From Azolla caroliniana (Eukaryota > Plantae > Polypodiophyta), in NCBI GenBank assembly GCA_043228905.1, contig JBHGNT010000014.1, positions 8,556,001 to 8,620,000 of the forward strand: a stretch of 64,000 nt of DNA, in the 5' to 3' direction. The notes under the pieces were generated by a model that saw only the letters and a list, made by a program, of their open reading frames with translations, was not told the origin of the DNA and did no database searches. Every line of letters begins with the position of its first letter. Positions within the stretch are counted from its first letter, which is position 1. A program made the translations under genes and the position numbers. Positions 12,701 through 26,009 of the stretch are shown in pieces.

Positions 12701-14842
12701 TGAAAATGAAAAACTTTTAGCCTCTGTATTTTCTTTTAATATTTTGACAGCAGCAGATATCATGCATATTGATGCACCTTAATAACTTAAATAAGAAATC
12801 GGAAAGTTGTGAAATGGCATGTTTCTAAAATTTATCGTTATATATTATGCAACCCAGTTTATTTGCAATGGACCTATATTTTTCGCCCTTCCATTGTCTA
12901 TTTTTTGCATCAGAGAGTTGAGGAATATCTTCTCAGTACCATGTATGACTATAAAGTACTCTAGTAAAGAAAGTGAAAATACAATATCCGCAAAGATATG
13001 TTATCAAGGAAGCATAATTATAGCCTAGAAATAAACCAAGTACTAAAAAAGGAGTGTTACAGTGAAAATGTACAAAAGAAAATTTGTTCAATGAGAGAGA
13101 GAGATGATGATGATAATGTGTGGGCATAGCAGATCTACTCAGATATCTTTGCTGTTGTCATCTTGATTTCGGGAGGCGGCCTTGCTGTATATGGTCAGCT
13201 CAATTAAACAATCAGAATGATGTTTCAATAAGTTGGTGGTCAAATAAAGAAACATGTTCTGACCTCTGATTCCCTCATAGTGTGTGTACAGGCCTTATAT
13301 TGTACCATAAGATGAAACGCGTTCGTTCAGACACTGCCTCACGTGACATAAGAAAGGTAGATCAGTTGTATGTGTGGATGTTTAAAGGTAGCTCAATAGT
13401 GTGAATATTTATTGTTTTCTTGAATGTCACGTGGTTTCATCTTCTTGCAAGTGCGTAAAAATATAATTCAGGTTATTGTGATGTTTCCCTTAAACTCATG
13501 TTAATTTGATTCATTAGTTTTATTAGAAGGTGCTGATTTGTATGTTTATCCTGAAGGTGGGTTATTTTTCTAATAGGGTTCTGGGCTGTTTCCACACATA
13601 GTTTTTACATATTAAGTAACAAATTTTGGTTCAGAAGGCTGAAATTCATTGTGGCTTGGGTAGCAAAGTGTCTTGTATAGCAATAATGGCATTGTGAGTT
13701 TGATCTTCCAATTATGTAGGATGAGTGCAAGAATAATCCATAGATCTCTTTTAAATGAATAGATGTCCTTTGAGGGATGTTTGCAATTTCTCTTCATTAT
13801 TCATCATTCTATGTTTTAACGCTGTTTGGTTTCTTTCTCAGCTTTTCTATGTACATAGGTCAACCCTCACTTGATTTGTGCTTGGTAATTCTGGATAAAA
13901 TTCACTAATAAGAGTTTACATGATGTTGGTCACTATGGAGAAAGAAAGAGAGGAAAAAATAGATATTGATGTCTTTTAAAAGGTCAAATTGGCCTATAAG
14001 ACCAAACAAGAGATGGATATTAATATGTTATCTCTCTGGTCTTTGAAAACAAAAACCAAAATAAATGTAACAAAATGTTGTCTCACCTTTGAGAAAAAAG
14101 TAAAATAAATAAATAAAACTAAAATGTGGTATTGTCTTTGATAAAACTAAGCTAGTAAAACTGTCAAAGGTAACAGATATTCTCATTAGCTAAGTACTTT
14201 ACATTGTGACCTTAGATAGACCGCCACTTTTTCCTTTCAAAGATCTCCAACCTGGGCTGATCCAATGTGGGCAAGTCTCCGATGTGAAAGGAAGAGAATA
14301 GAATGACTATTAGCCACTGTTTTGGAGCTTCTTTTAAGACTAGGAATAGATAGCATGCCAAAAATATAGAACTGATAGTTGTTTCTTCAGGTTGCAGGAC
14401 TGGCAGTTATTTCAGTTGTATGTTTTTCATTACGGGGATTTTTGGTATTGTTCACTGATATACCGGTAAGATTTTGTTGCAGTAGGTTTATTTTAGTTTA
14501 GTTTTTGTTATCAAGTGAATTTAAGTTGGTAATATGCTCAAACTAATTTGCAGGCCCTCGATATACTGCGAGTTCAGCATCTTCAACGTGATCAATATCC
14601 TGCTCTTCTATTCTTATACTATTTCATTGGTATTTTATCTAATTACTTAGAATTGGCATGAATACATCATATTCTCTTTTCTTTCATCATGATGTTATGA
14701 CCAGAAGATGTTGGTGTATATAGGAGAGTCAATACCTTCAATAGTGGTACTCTGGGTCTTGCGAGATCTACCGTCTCGTTCTGTTGATGGTCGGCCACCT
14801 AGACTTATTATTACCGATGTGGGTGGGTATCATCCCCAATGA
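3711..14842 (+). CDS. Tobamovirus multiplication protein 1-like (TOM1/THH1/TOM3 family; At3g59090-like) multi-pass membrane protein, 12 exons
   Basis: GT-AG exons in frame: 3711-3845, 5804-5854, 6196-6229, 6309-6395, 9465-9516, 10184-10391, 12551-12649, 13133-13193, 13292-13356, 14391-14465, 14554-14629, 14724-14842. Translation includes [75 protein letters not shown] and [22 protein letters not shown]. Confidence 0.9.
5130..5403. mobile_element. hAT-type MITE (274 bp) in intron 1 of the TOM1-like gene
   Basis: TIR CATAGTACG...CATACTATG; perfect 8-bp TSD GGTATATG (5122-5129 / 5404-5411); related copy at 55471-55742. Confidence 0.85.
6463..7095. mobile_element. Solo LTR, copy 1 (intron 4 of the TOM1-like gene)
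   Basis: ~630 bp highly similar to 11286-11926; ends (A)GATAGAAATA...TATATCTATCA form an imperfect inverted repeat; TSD degenerate. Confidence 0.7.
8329..8946. mobile_element. hAT-type MITE with AACCG/CGGTT subterminal repeats
   Basis: TIR TAGCGATGGGCACGGTTT...AAACCGTGCCCATTGCTA; 8-bp TSD GTCACTAT (8321-8328 / 8947-8954). Confidence 0.85.
8815..9156 (+). repeat. 171-bp tandem duplication covering the MITE right end, TSD and flank
   Basis: Units 8815-8985 and 8986-9156 are near-identical. Confidence 0.85.
11286..11926. mobile_element. Solo LTR, copy 2 (intron 6 of the TOM1-like gene)
   Basis: TGTTAGAAATA...TATATCTGACA termini (TG...CA); 5-bp TSD TTGAT/TTAAT with one mismatch; same family as 6463-7095. 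Confidence 0.8.
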
Positions 14843-15393
14843 CACCTTAATTCAGCAGCGGGTTCATTTCAATTGAAGAGGTGATAGGGACATCAGCAGT
14901 GTAGAAGATTTTATAAGGAACTTGGTATGACATGGACATCTGGTAAGACTATAAAGGGATCTTCACGGAATGAACATTAGCATAAATCATGCAGATTTTA
15001 TATTCAAAATTCTTTCAATGAGGGGGACATGTATGAAGGATCGACGTCAAAATATTGGCATATGTGTGACCTGTGAGGATCACGGAGTATGGAGTCATAT
15101 TTTCAGAAGATAATCAGCAATTAGCCCTCAATCTTGTATTTCTATGAGTTGAAAAGAGTTCTGTACAGTATCGTATGGAGGGTGTGATGGCATAATAGGT
15201 ATTAGGTTATTTCTCTTCCCATGGAAGGCTTGTTCAATTTTGAGACAGCAGGCCCAAATGTCTATAAACTTGCCTTTGTGAAGTTTCAGCGATACACAAC
15301 AGTCTTCAAAACAACTCTATTGGTGAAGGAGAATTATACATTACGTGTATATTATTTAGTATTATTCCTTGTAGGAATGTAGTGAGCATGAAG

Positions 15394-15919
15394 TGCATAA
15401 TATTCATTTTGAAAAGAATCTACTATAACATCATGTGTTGGTGCAAGTTCAAGAATCTCTTAAATAGTGGCTGTCTCAAATGTGACATTGTTCACTATAT
15501 ATAAACTGCAAGCTCAAAAATCCCCTCAATGTGGACTATCCGTCTTAAATTGCTATAGTGTGCTGTAACATATCCACAGCATGTAATAGCACATAAATAG
15601 GTATTTGATTCCGTTGAAAGCCATATTTAGCTGCCAATGGGTGTGGTATGCTGCTGAATAACCACTCTACCATCCATGTTTCTATGCATAATATTCATTT
15701 TGAAAAAGACTTTGGATAATTAATCCTCTGGCTGTATCAAGTGTGACATTATTCAGTCTAAGCTGCAAGCTCAAAAATCCTGTCAATGTGGGTTATGCAT
15801 CTTAAATATGAAAGTGAGTAGAGTGAGTACTTAACTCCTTTGAAAGCCATATTTAGCTGCCGAAGAGTATTATGGTATGTTGCTAAATAACCGCTCCACC
15901 ATACATGTTCCTAATGCAT
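15394..15919 (+). repeat. Diverged tandem duplication in the intergenic region between convergent genes
   Basis: TGCATAATATTCATTTTGAAAA...GAAAGCCATATTTAGCTGCC recurs starting at 15394 and 15685. Confidence 0.7.
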
Positions 15920-16903
15920 CTTATAATCTTAAGTTTGATCTGTTATATCACAACAAATGCACTCTATTATGTTCCTACATCAAATAGCAATGCTTATTCA
16001 TCCTCTCTTGCATCATAACATTATGCTTCTATACATCCCTTCAAATTTGAAGCTTTTGCCACTTCACCACCACAGGACAATGGTGGTGTTGAAGCTTGAG
16101 CAACAGCAACACACCCTAAGGTTACCAGCATCCAGTCATACTCAAATCTAATTGAGCTCAAAATTTATTTGCTTTTGACATTCCTCTTTACTACTTTATG
16201 ATAGTAACTCAAACAATATTCATTCCAGGTCAGTTCTACTCAATTTGAACCCTTTCCTTACAATGAATGCCATAAAACATTTGGGAGAAGAAACTCAATA
16301 CAGAATAATTAGAAATCCTACAGACAGTATAGTATCTCCCTTATTTAGGAAAAGAGTGGAATTGTCTCTTTTATTGGTGGAAAAAGCAGAATGAAAATCC
16401 AATGACAGTGGTGAAGGCTATTATTGATCAATAGTACATCTTATTTATTGCATAATGTCCTCGATATTGATATCTATCCACTATGTTGTCAAAGTTTTCC
16501 ATGTTTTATTATGTTGTTCAAAATAAGTTATCATCTGTTGCTACCTTTTTCAATAGGCACAGAAACAAGACAGAATTTAGGTGTCAAATATGTTGAAAAA
16601 GCACGAAATTGCATCTGATTTGTACACAACGCTGTCATGTGTCTATTTTAACAATAGAATGCAAGGAATTCAATAGATATCAGCTTCAATAAATTAATGA
16701 GAATTCTCATTAATAGAATGAGGACTCGTGCCTGGTTCTATCATGAAAAAAAATCATAGAGGTGATATATAATCTTTTCTATTCTGGAGGTCCTAGAGAT
16801 GTTTGTGAGTATAAACAAAAGGCTCTATTACTTGGTATGATTTATGTTATCTTATTTCGTATAACTACTAGGGCATAGTTAAGAAATCATTTTCCATTAT
16901 AAT

Positions 16904-17160
16904 TGCCCTTCCTTTGCATTACCTCCCAGAGTCTCCAGCATCATCATTCATACTTCTTTCTTCAACATTACTTACTTTGCATACTAGTACTACATTGTTC
17001 ATACCATTCGTTTTCCCTCCTTGTCAGGAAAGATGCCCTTCCTTTGCATTACCCCTCCAAAGTCTCTGGCATCATCATGCTTCTTTCTTCAACATCACTT
17101 TGCATACTAGTACTAAATCGTTCATACCATTCATTTTCCCTCCTTGTCAAGAAAGATGCC
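16904..17160 (-). repeat. Tandem duplication of the ISPE terminal coding exon
   Basis: Two ~130-bp units (16904-17033 and 17034-17160), both reading ASFLTRRENEWYE on the minus strand. Confidence 0.85.
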
Positions 17161-20100
17161 TCTGGAAAAAAAAACGTCTCATGATTTAAGAAAAATGTAT
17201 ATATTATTAGTATATTTTCAACAGGTAAAATCAGTACACTACGGAAAGTAAAGCATAAAGGCTTCAATAATAAGTAAACTGAAATGTTATATTCTTATAA
17301 CGATTCAAATGACGAAACAAAGTTAAAATTATTGTAAAGATTTCATGTACCATTATCAACTACACACCTGAAACAAAAATGTCCTGGTATTCATCATCAT
17401 CATAAATGAATTGAGGTGGCTGACTATCACCAACCCCTACAATTGTACTGCCACTGCCCATCAAACAAATCCGCAAAAACATTACCTATCCATTGAAGTT
17501 TTTCAACACAATTAACTACATGTTTTAATCGATGTATCATATTACATATCCATTCAAGCCTTCAACAGATTTACCATGTTTGTATGATATCATGTTAACT
17601 ATCCATTCAAGTTTCAATACAATCAACGATGTTTATATAGATATATCATATTGACCATTCATTCAAGTCTTTTAACAGGATTATCCAGGTTTCATAGATG
17701 TTATGCACATCTACCTTCCAGACATAAAGACTGCCTGATATTTATCCCTGCTTGCAGCTAAGATCCTCTCTTTTAGGGACTTCAATGATGGCAAAACCTG
17801 GAATGCTGGAGTCTCTGTCAAACAAAACATTGTATATATAAGCGAATATACTAATTGTACCCAAACAAGAATCATACTTAACCTTACCAAGATCATTGAT
17901 ACAAAGAGACTGTGAAATTCCATTTTTTATGATGTCTTCTAGAAGCTTCCTTGGATCTGCAGAGCTAGCTTGACTTAGCTCAAAGCGCTGCAGACAATTT
18001 GCTACTTAGAATGTACGACGAACCAGAATTATGGTCAAGAAATCTTCTCAATAGTGTAAAAAATTGCAAACCAAATGCTCAAAAAAACCTCAAAAGATAT
18101 TCAGTAATGAACCATGGATGGCGTTACACATCCATACGTATATACATACATCCATACCATAGATAATACATCCATATAGATCTGTATCAGAGTTATCAAG
18201 CACAGCATTCAAATGAATATACAAACACCAGCATCATATGCATCATTTACAGATCACAAGAACCAAAGGTAAACTCTGCTGTATCTTCAAATGCATATCT
18301 AGTGTAGGATACCTTGTAGACTTCTGCTGTTGAGCACTCCTCCTTAGGCTTCACAAGAACCAAAGGTAAATTCAGAGGCAATGGTGGCACATCTTCCACA
18401 ATCTGAGGCAAACAAAGCACTTCTCAGTCTCCACACAAAAAATGTATATCAAATTCATGTCCAAATAACATTTTCCTTTCTGAATAAAAATTCATTCCTA
18501 AACAAATTTTGCATGCCCCAAATAAATGAAAATGATACAATGGTAATCCATCTCTAAGGATTTAACATGATAATCAACTGTTTAATCACCTCTCCTCTTC
18601 CAGTACAGTAGGCAGACCCTTTGGAGAAGAAAAAAGGCACATCAGATCCAATTTCTCCTGACCAAGTTTGGAGCTCTTTCTCTTGGACAAGATGTCCACC
18701 TAACTTATTTGCGGCCCAAAGAGCAGTTGCTGCATTTCCACTTCCTCCTCCAAGCCCTGCACCAGTAGGGACTTTCTTGTCCAAATGAATCTATCACCAT
18801 CATCATCATGATAATAAGACATACAAACTATGAGAATACAACTTGACAGTATTTATGTTTAGGCTAACGAAATCTATATGACGAGAACATTTAAGTTGTT
18901 CAAAGATCATTATTGGGAGTTTACTATTACCCAGTAGTATGTATTGGATCCTGTCTTTCTCCGGAACAAATTCAGCGCCTTTATAATCTGGACATTCACC
19001 AGTGCAGTGCGTTTACCAGTTAAAAGTGTTGGCCCTGATTAGTTATAGATTATAATTTTCTCATGGATGATGACAATGATAAACCTAACAACAATACTAT
19101 ATACATGCATTCAAAGAATTGTGGGATTTATATTTATGCTCTAACGGCTGATGGCTTTAAAAAATCTTGTTGAATTGGCATCCTTCATTTTTTGTGCACA
19201 GGATATTGGGCAGGGGAAAGAATTCATACCAGATTTTTCTCATCCAAAGGGATCCCTGGTACATTTGTTGTTAATGAATCTTTTGTGGTTGAAGGTGAGA
19301 TTGAAAATTTAATAATGTCACCCAAGCTAACCACCTGAAAGAGCAACAAAAGTAAAGCTAACGACAGAAATTTGGACTCCAAAAGTGGGTATACAATGCT
19401 CATTTAAAATAGCACCAAATCCTCCGTTAATTTTTGGATGTTTACCAGAACTCCAAATTCTTCACAAGTTACAAGAATACGCTTATGAAGGCGCAAAATA
19501 TTATACTGCATTGGCGTATTCTTGTCATTTTTGAAAATTTACGTGTTTGCTGGTAAACACCTAACATGTCTGGTGTATTTTGGTGTTTTTCCTGTTACAT
19601 TCATAATCCACAACAAAATTGCATACATGGAAAAGAGATGCTAAATCGTGATAACCATCTGGCCTTTTACTTGTAATTCGAAGGAAAACATTTATCTGCA
19701 AGTAACATAAGAACTTTGTTAATAGCATAGCATAAAGAATATACACCAAATCTACCCTGGCATTAAAATTGGACCCAGGTTGCATAGACTAGAAGGCAAT
19801 ACAACACTGAGTAAGTTCTCTGTTGTAAATCTAACGTCATCCAACTCATCATACAAAACCTCAATAAGCTCATATACAAATGGATGCATGCTTTTATGTA
19901 CACATGGGTTAGAATGGTCAATTTTGAGTTTTGAAGCTAGAAAAACGTAGTCTATGCCTACAATGAACATGTGAAGAACCCAGATAGAAATCGTAACTTT
20001 TACAAAGACTCCTGAACTTCTCCAACCATGCATAAGCAAGGTTGTTAAGTACGTTAGATACGGTACAGATACTATACATATATAACGTATTAATACGCGT

Positions 20101-21639
20101 ATAGTACCTCCCAATTTAAAAATACATAAAATACGTTTTTTAATATGTTAAATACTTACAAAATAGGTATTTTACGTATAGTATGTTAAATACTTCTAGA
20201 ATTTGAAAATTATTTACCTTTCTAAAAAATATTTGTAATATTGTAAAAAGCATCTATGTTATACACAATTTTGTGATGTACATTATAGTTCTACATTCTA
20301 AAATGCATAAGACATTTGAAGATTTCATATCCTAAAATACTTATAATATAGATGTCGACATTCACTTATTCTATAAATCAGTGTAAGTGTGTATCATGAT
20401 GTTCTACATCAAATTGTAATTATTTATAATTATGTCTTCATAGATTGAGGAATCGTCTATGATTATCACACTCAGGATAAGTTTCTCTCTTCTTCTCTCT
20501 TCTTCATCTTCTACCTTTTGTGATTATCACACTTAGAGTCAGGACAGAAACCTTCATCTTCTTCTTCTTCTATCTTCTGTGATTATCACACTTAGAGTCA
20601 AGACAGGTTCCTGTCTTCTTTTCTCTCTTTTTCTTCTTCATCTTCTTCTTCGTCGTCATCTCTTCTGTTCTTATTTCTTTCTTCTTTTCGTTTCTTTTTC
20701 ACTAAAATCTTTTTTTTCTTTTGCTTTTTGTTGGGGTTTTACTTACATTTTTTTATAAATACCTATTATACCTGTTTTTTCAAATGTATGTTAAATATTG
20801 TATTGGACAAATGTAATTGATATCTGATTAAACAACATTGAGGTATAGTATGTACTATACAAATTATGAGGTACTATACGTATTTAAACGTTAAATATGG
20901 GTACGTAAACAACCATGTGCATAAGTAATAAGACTTTTCATCCAATGTGGCCAATGTAATCATTTATTACTCATTGGGTTCGAAACACTTATAGTTACAT
21001 GAAACAAGGTTTATGCCTTGGGGTTTGAAGATTTCATTTTTGAGAACACTTTGTAAAACCAAAAATAGTGCTTTGGCTGACTATAATAGAAAAGATAAAT
21101 AGAACAGCAAAAGTCTGTAGCATAGACTTGCTGGAGATGAGGTCGAATTTAGAATGCTAGTGTGATACGCTTACAGTTCAGGTTGATTTTGGTTTTCAAG
21201 CCATGATTACTGCTTATACAATGATCGATTCCAGCAAAGTAAAGGGAAGAAGCATTGTAGAAAGGCAGTAAGCATCAAGGAAAGGATTAGAACAAAATGG
21301 TAACATCACTCTTTCTGCTGACCATACATGAGAAGGATGATGTTTGTTTACACCAGAAATATAATATAGCCATTAAAATTCCAGCCTCGGAGAAGCTGAA
21401 TTCCTGTTTCCTATTAGTCTGTCCAAATGTTCAGACGGAGCTATGGAGGACATAATACAGGATTTAAAGCAACAGAATTTCTGTCTAAATTTCGAGGCAG
21501 ATATTATCAAGAGTTTCCTCTTGTTTTAATCCGTTCTAATAAGGTGTGAGATCTAGAGAGATACAGAGAAATCATACCTGGCTCGCGAAAAGGGAGCCAG
21601 GTCTAGCCTCATAACAACAAACATTTTCTAATTGTGACA

Positions 21640-21689
<50 letters not shown>

Positions 21690-22338
21690 ACCTTACAAGG
21701 AGAGAATAGTGTTAAGTTACGGAGGGAACCAGTGAACTTGCTGCTTAGTTCATCAAATCTTGACTTTGGATCATAAACGATCTGAAAAAACAAAGATGGA
21801 TGGGAAGTAGAAGAGAGTAATGATGAGGAGGAGGAAGATGAAGTGGAAGATGAAAAAACAAGATGAGTGAAGAAGAAAAGCTCGGAGACAAAAGACGAAA
21901 GCTGAAGATTGATAATGGAAGAAGACGATGATGAAAAAGAAAGTTGTAACATGAAAGTCTGAAATCTAAAGATGGAAGAAGACGATGATCGTCTCCATAA
22001 CACGGTAAAAGATGAATAAATGAAAAAAGAGGGAAGATAATTAATAATACAAAGAGAGAGAGAGAGAGAGAGAGAGATGTGCACACCTCCACCTTCTTGT
22101 CGCTGTTGTTATTTACTGGGCCATTATTATTGTCTGATGTTGCAGAATTAGCAGCACGCACAGATAAGAAGGAAGATGAGAGGAATCCGTTCTTCCGGCT
22201 GATTCTGGAGTGACGAAGAAGAAGAGGAGGAGGAGAGCTCTGAAGCGCAGGAAAACAAGAAGAAGAAGAGAGAGGGAGTGATAGATATGGAGGAGGAGAA
22301 GAAGAAGAGATGGGCATGATCATCATCGGCATGGCCAT
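17049..22338 (-). CDS. ISPE: 4-diphosphocytidyl-2-C-methyl-D-erythritol kinase (CMK/IspE), plastid-targeted, 11 exons
   Basis: Exons 22087-22338, 21692-21781, 19627-19695, 19230-19334, 18931-18987, 18590-18790, 18313-18402, 17888-17987, 17715-17814, 17368-17453, 17049-17161. Ser/Pro-rich transit peptide; motifs [29 protein letters not shown], GHMP loop PTGAGLGGGSGNAA, GSDVPFF, STAEVYK, NDLE and FMSGSGST. Confidence 0.95.
20037..20917. mobile_element. Non-autonomous hAT element in ISPE intron 2
   Basis: TIR CAAGGTTGTT...AACAACCATG; 8-bp TSD TGCATAAG (20029-20036 / 20918-20925); three internal GATTATCACACT repeats. Confidence 0.8.
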
Positions 22339-24461
22339 TTTCAAGCGACCCTTATCATTCCACTTCCACGCCCTTTCTCGGAGAGAGAGAGAGAGAGAGA
22401 GAGATTGTTGATTAAGAGAATATGTATGAAGTATATATATAATAGAGACTCGAGAGGACCGGGGTGAACCCAAGACTGCAATAATGCTTGTAGTGTAAGT
22501 TGTAACAACTTACCACTAGGGTAAGCTAAGTATGATAAAAAAATAAACAGAGATTGTTGATTGTGTTCTCTAATACTTCTTCTTGTTTGATTGATTAGTT
22601 CCGCACACTCATCAGCGGACAAGGTTAATTATGTATGTATGTTTGTGCATATGTATATTATGTATGTGTATATAATGTACATATAATGTATAATGTGTGT
22701 AGAGAGGACGGGGAGGGGAGGCTCGTTTCTATTTGCAACCAAATCATAATTAGGCCTGGTGAGGAAACCGCAGACACGGACGGTGTAGGACACGTGGCGT
22801 GTGTGATCTGCAACATTCAATCTCTATCCACAAAAAACGTGTGCCTAAACCTAACCCGCGTCTGACGAGCCTTTGTCACATCTAACCTGGGTCTGACAAT
22901 CGGATCTATCACATTAAACCCGGGTCTAACAAGCCTCTGTCACATCTAACCCAGGTTTGACAAGCCTCTATCTCACCTAGCCTAGGTCTGACAAGCTATT
23001 CTGTAACACCTAACCCGAGTACCCGATTAAAAACATATGTAAGATTACTCAAAAATATCAAAAAAAAATTAAAATACAAAATTGCATGATTTTACATATA
23101 AAAATCACATGATGTAATGTAATAAAAAACTATGAGATCAAGGCTCTTGTTCAAAGCATGGCAAGATACACCCACAATTTTTGCAGCAATTTGCACTGGA
23201 GTCTCTTGAAGGTAATGTCAAACCATCACAATGCAAACACCGAACCTTCTCAGTGTCACATATTGGCAACCGCCTCTTAGCACGACGAGCATCTCTTTGT
23301 AGTCTGCTAGTGTGTGTTCTAGTCGTGTTTGGGGAGCTGGCAATAAGTTCTTTTGAAATGTTGCGCATGGCTCTTGTTTTCGCACCAATTTGTTACTTCC
23401 AACTTATTGAACCTCCCGATGCCATATTGGTTGTTGCCGATGCACCCATAGATAAGAGCAATTCCTTTAAAAAATCTACCATGAGTTGTCGACAACACTC
23501 AAGAGCAACATTATTCATTGCTCCCCATCCTTACTCGAGAAGTTGAAGTGCTTCCATAGTTTGATGTGCTTCTAACTTTATTTCTTCCCTTTCGTCAACT
23601 TCTACATTCATCTCGACTTCTGCTTCTTGTGTTGACTCTAGTTCTCTATCCATTGCGGCATCATCCATTCGCATTTGGGTTGCATGATCTATAAATGGTA
23701 ATGATCCACATAGTGATGGCATATGTCTCTCAACGATCATCCGAATGGCAAGCAAATGCTTACATTTATTTGCAAAGTTTTGACAATCACAATATGAACA
23801 TTGGAGTTAGACATTGTACCATATAGTGGGAATGGTCATGCGTAATATTCGAAACCAATATCGGGCCTTGTCCACAATATGCACTGAATTGCTATTGGTC
23901 ACATATCTTTCTAGTATCCTCTCAGCCTCTTTAAGTCTTGACCTTTGATCCTTACAATTTGCACGGGGTTGGAATCTACCACGCTCACATATCTCTTGTC
24001 GTTGCATGTACCATTCTACCACGGTCTCGCTGATGCAAGTGCCAGAGACATTGTCCCCAATTAAAACATGCACAAGATCAATAATATAACGGTTTATTCT
24101 TCCTCTCAAGGCAATGTACTTGAGAAATTGCCAATGTCTCTCCATAAGATTGGTAGTGTCAACATGTCCATAATTGAATAGTCTACCAAACTTGGGCCAT
24201 AGACTGCCCCAAACACAAGTTTGTCCACACCATCCACCTTCGATATATCGCCAAACTCTAGGTTTGTCTGAGTATTATTGTCTTACCTCCTCACACATAG
24301 CATTGAAGGATGATCTGCTAATGCAATGCATGAGTTGACACATCCTTTGATAGAGGGGGTTTCTTTCAGCAGCACTCACTTTGGGCAACAAGTTGTCAAC
24401 CCATGATTTGTTTGCATGGAACTGTCACAATAAAAGACAACAACGTGTTTGTGAGCGTTCA

Positions 24462-24549
24462 TGGAAAAGGTTAAGTGCGGAAGCAATAGAAAACCGAACA
24501 CAGAAAATAAGCAGGTTTAATGGAGAGCTTGAATATACACAGTACGCAG

Positions 24550-24589
<40 letters not shown>

Positions 24590-25977
24590 ACACAGAAACT
24601 CAATTCAAAATAATACTCAATCTGTACATAGAATGTGCCCAATGAGCACTTTTATACAAGTCCATACGGACTGACAATAGTACTGGCACATACTTCAATG
24701 CTCATAACTAAGCTCTACACTAACTCCCAAAATATATTCCTACATGGAATATCTTTCCAACGGCCTCGCAGTTTACGCACTGCTACGGCTTCTCGTTACG
24801 CACCGGTTTGCGTACCGGTTTACGCACCGGTCCGGCCTAACCGATCAGCCCCAACCGATCCGGTTCTCGGCTTGCACAACCAATCCGGACAATGTTGAGC
24901 TTGTATCTCAACACTCCTCCTCAAGCTCAACTTGAGGTTCCATCTGCTCTTTCGGATCTGCGCTCCGGTTCCTTCTGGTTTCACGCCTTGCTCGCGCTCC
25001 TCGACCTGTTCAATTCCGCGTGCCTCGACCCTTCCGGTCGGCTTGTCTGCTCACACGACCCTTCTCAGCTTCTTTGTTGTTGCGGTGTTGGCGCCTCTTC
25101 CGTTGCCTTCTCTTCCGCTTGGCTCTTGGTTGATTCAGCGTATCCAAATCAAACATCTGAACCGACTCGGCTTCCTCCGATCGGTTTTCGCTCTCGTCCG
25201 AGTTGGCTGTCTCCAACTCGTCTTCGGTCTTCTCGCCCTTGATGGCTTTGTCTCTCCCACGCTTGGTTGGCTTCGGCTCTTTCTTTTGTCTGCTCCCCTT
25301 ATATCCGCTTTCGGAATCTTCCGCCGATCCGCCCTCGACTTCTTCAGCCGATCCGAAATCGAATTCGTCATCCGACTCGACGTCACGGTCTTTTCCGCTC
25401 CTTTCCTGCTCCCTCAAGTTCGGCACGTCGAGGTGACGCAACCCAAGCGCACCCAAGAATTGCTGCAACTTGTCCAGACCAAGAGGCTTGGTGAAGATGT
25501 CGGCGTTCTGCCAACCCTCACGCTATGATACCATGAAAAAGATTATGTGCGAAAGCAATAGAAAACCGAACACAGAAAATACGCAGGTTTAATGGAGAGC
25601 TTGAATATACACAGTACGCAGGAGAGAGACACAGAGAGAGAGAGAGAGAGAACACACAGAAACTCAATTCAAAATAATACTCAATCTGTACATAGAATGT
25701 GCTCGGTGAGCACTTTTATACAAGTCCATACGGATTGACAGAAGTACTGACACGTACTTCAATGCTCATAACTGAGCTCTACACTAACTCCCAAAATATA
25801 TTCCTACGTGGAATATCTTTCCAACGGCCTCGCGGTTTACGCACCGCTACGGCTTTTCTTTATGCACCGGTTTGCGTACCGGTTTACGCATCGGTCCGGC
25901 CTAACCGATCGGCCCCAACCGATCCGGTTCTCGGCTTGCACAGCCGATCCGGACAATGTTGAGCTTGTATCTCAATA
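24462..25977 (-). mobile_element. Internally deleted Ty1/Copia element (LTRs 25534-25977 and 24462-24913)
   Basis: Paired ~450-bp LTRs; tRNA-iMet-type PBS TGGTATCATAGC; PPT TTGAGGAGGAG; only the RNase H end (ADIFTKPLGLDKLQQF) is retained; 5-bp TSD GTTCA. Confidence 0.9.
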
Positions 25978-26009
25978 GTTCACCATTTGTGACAATCCAA
26001 GGTTCACGT

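Noticed and set aside
18254-18273. 20-bp copy of ISPE exon 7 sequence in the adjacent intron
   Set aside because: Too short to form an alternative exon; likely repair filler.
18725-18775. GGGSGNAA instead of GGGSSNAA in the IspE ATP loop
   Set aside because: A small-residue substitution within normal GHMP-kinase variation; no evidence of altered function.
22840-23020. Regularly spaced CTAACC(C/T)GG repeats resembling a CRISPR or telomeric array (also 42220-42425)
   Set aside because: Eukaryotic context and no cas genes; they are MULE subterminal repeats.
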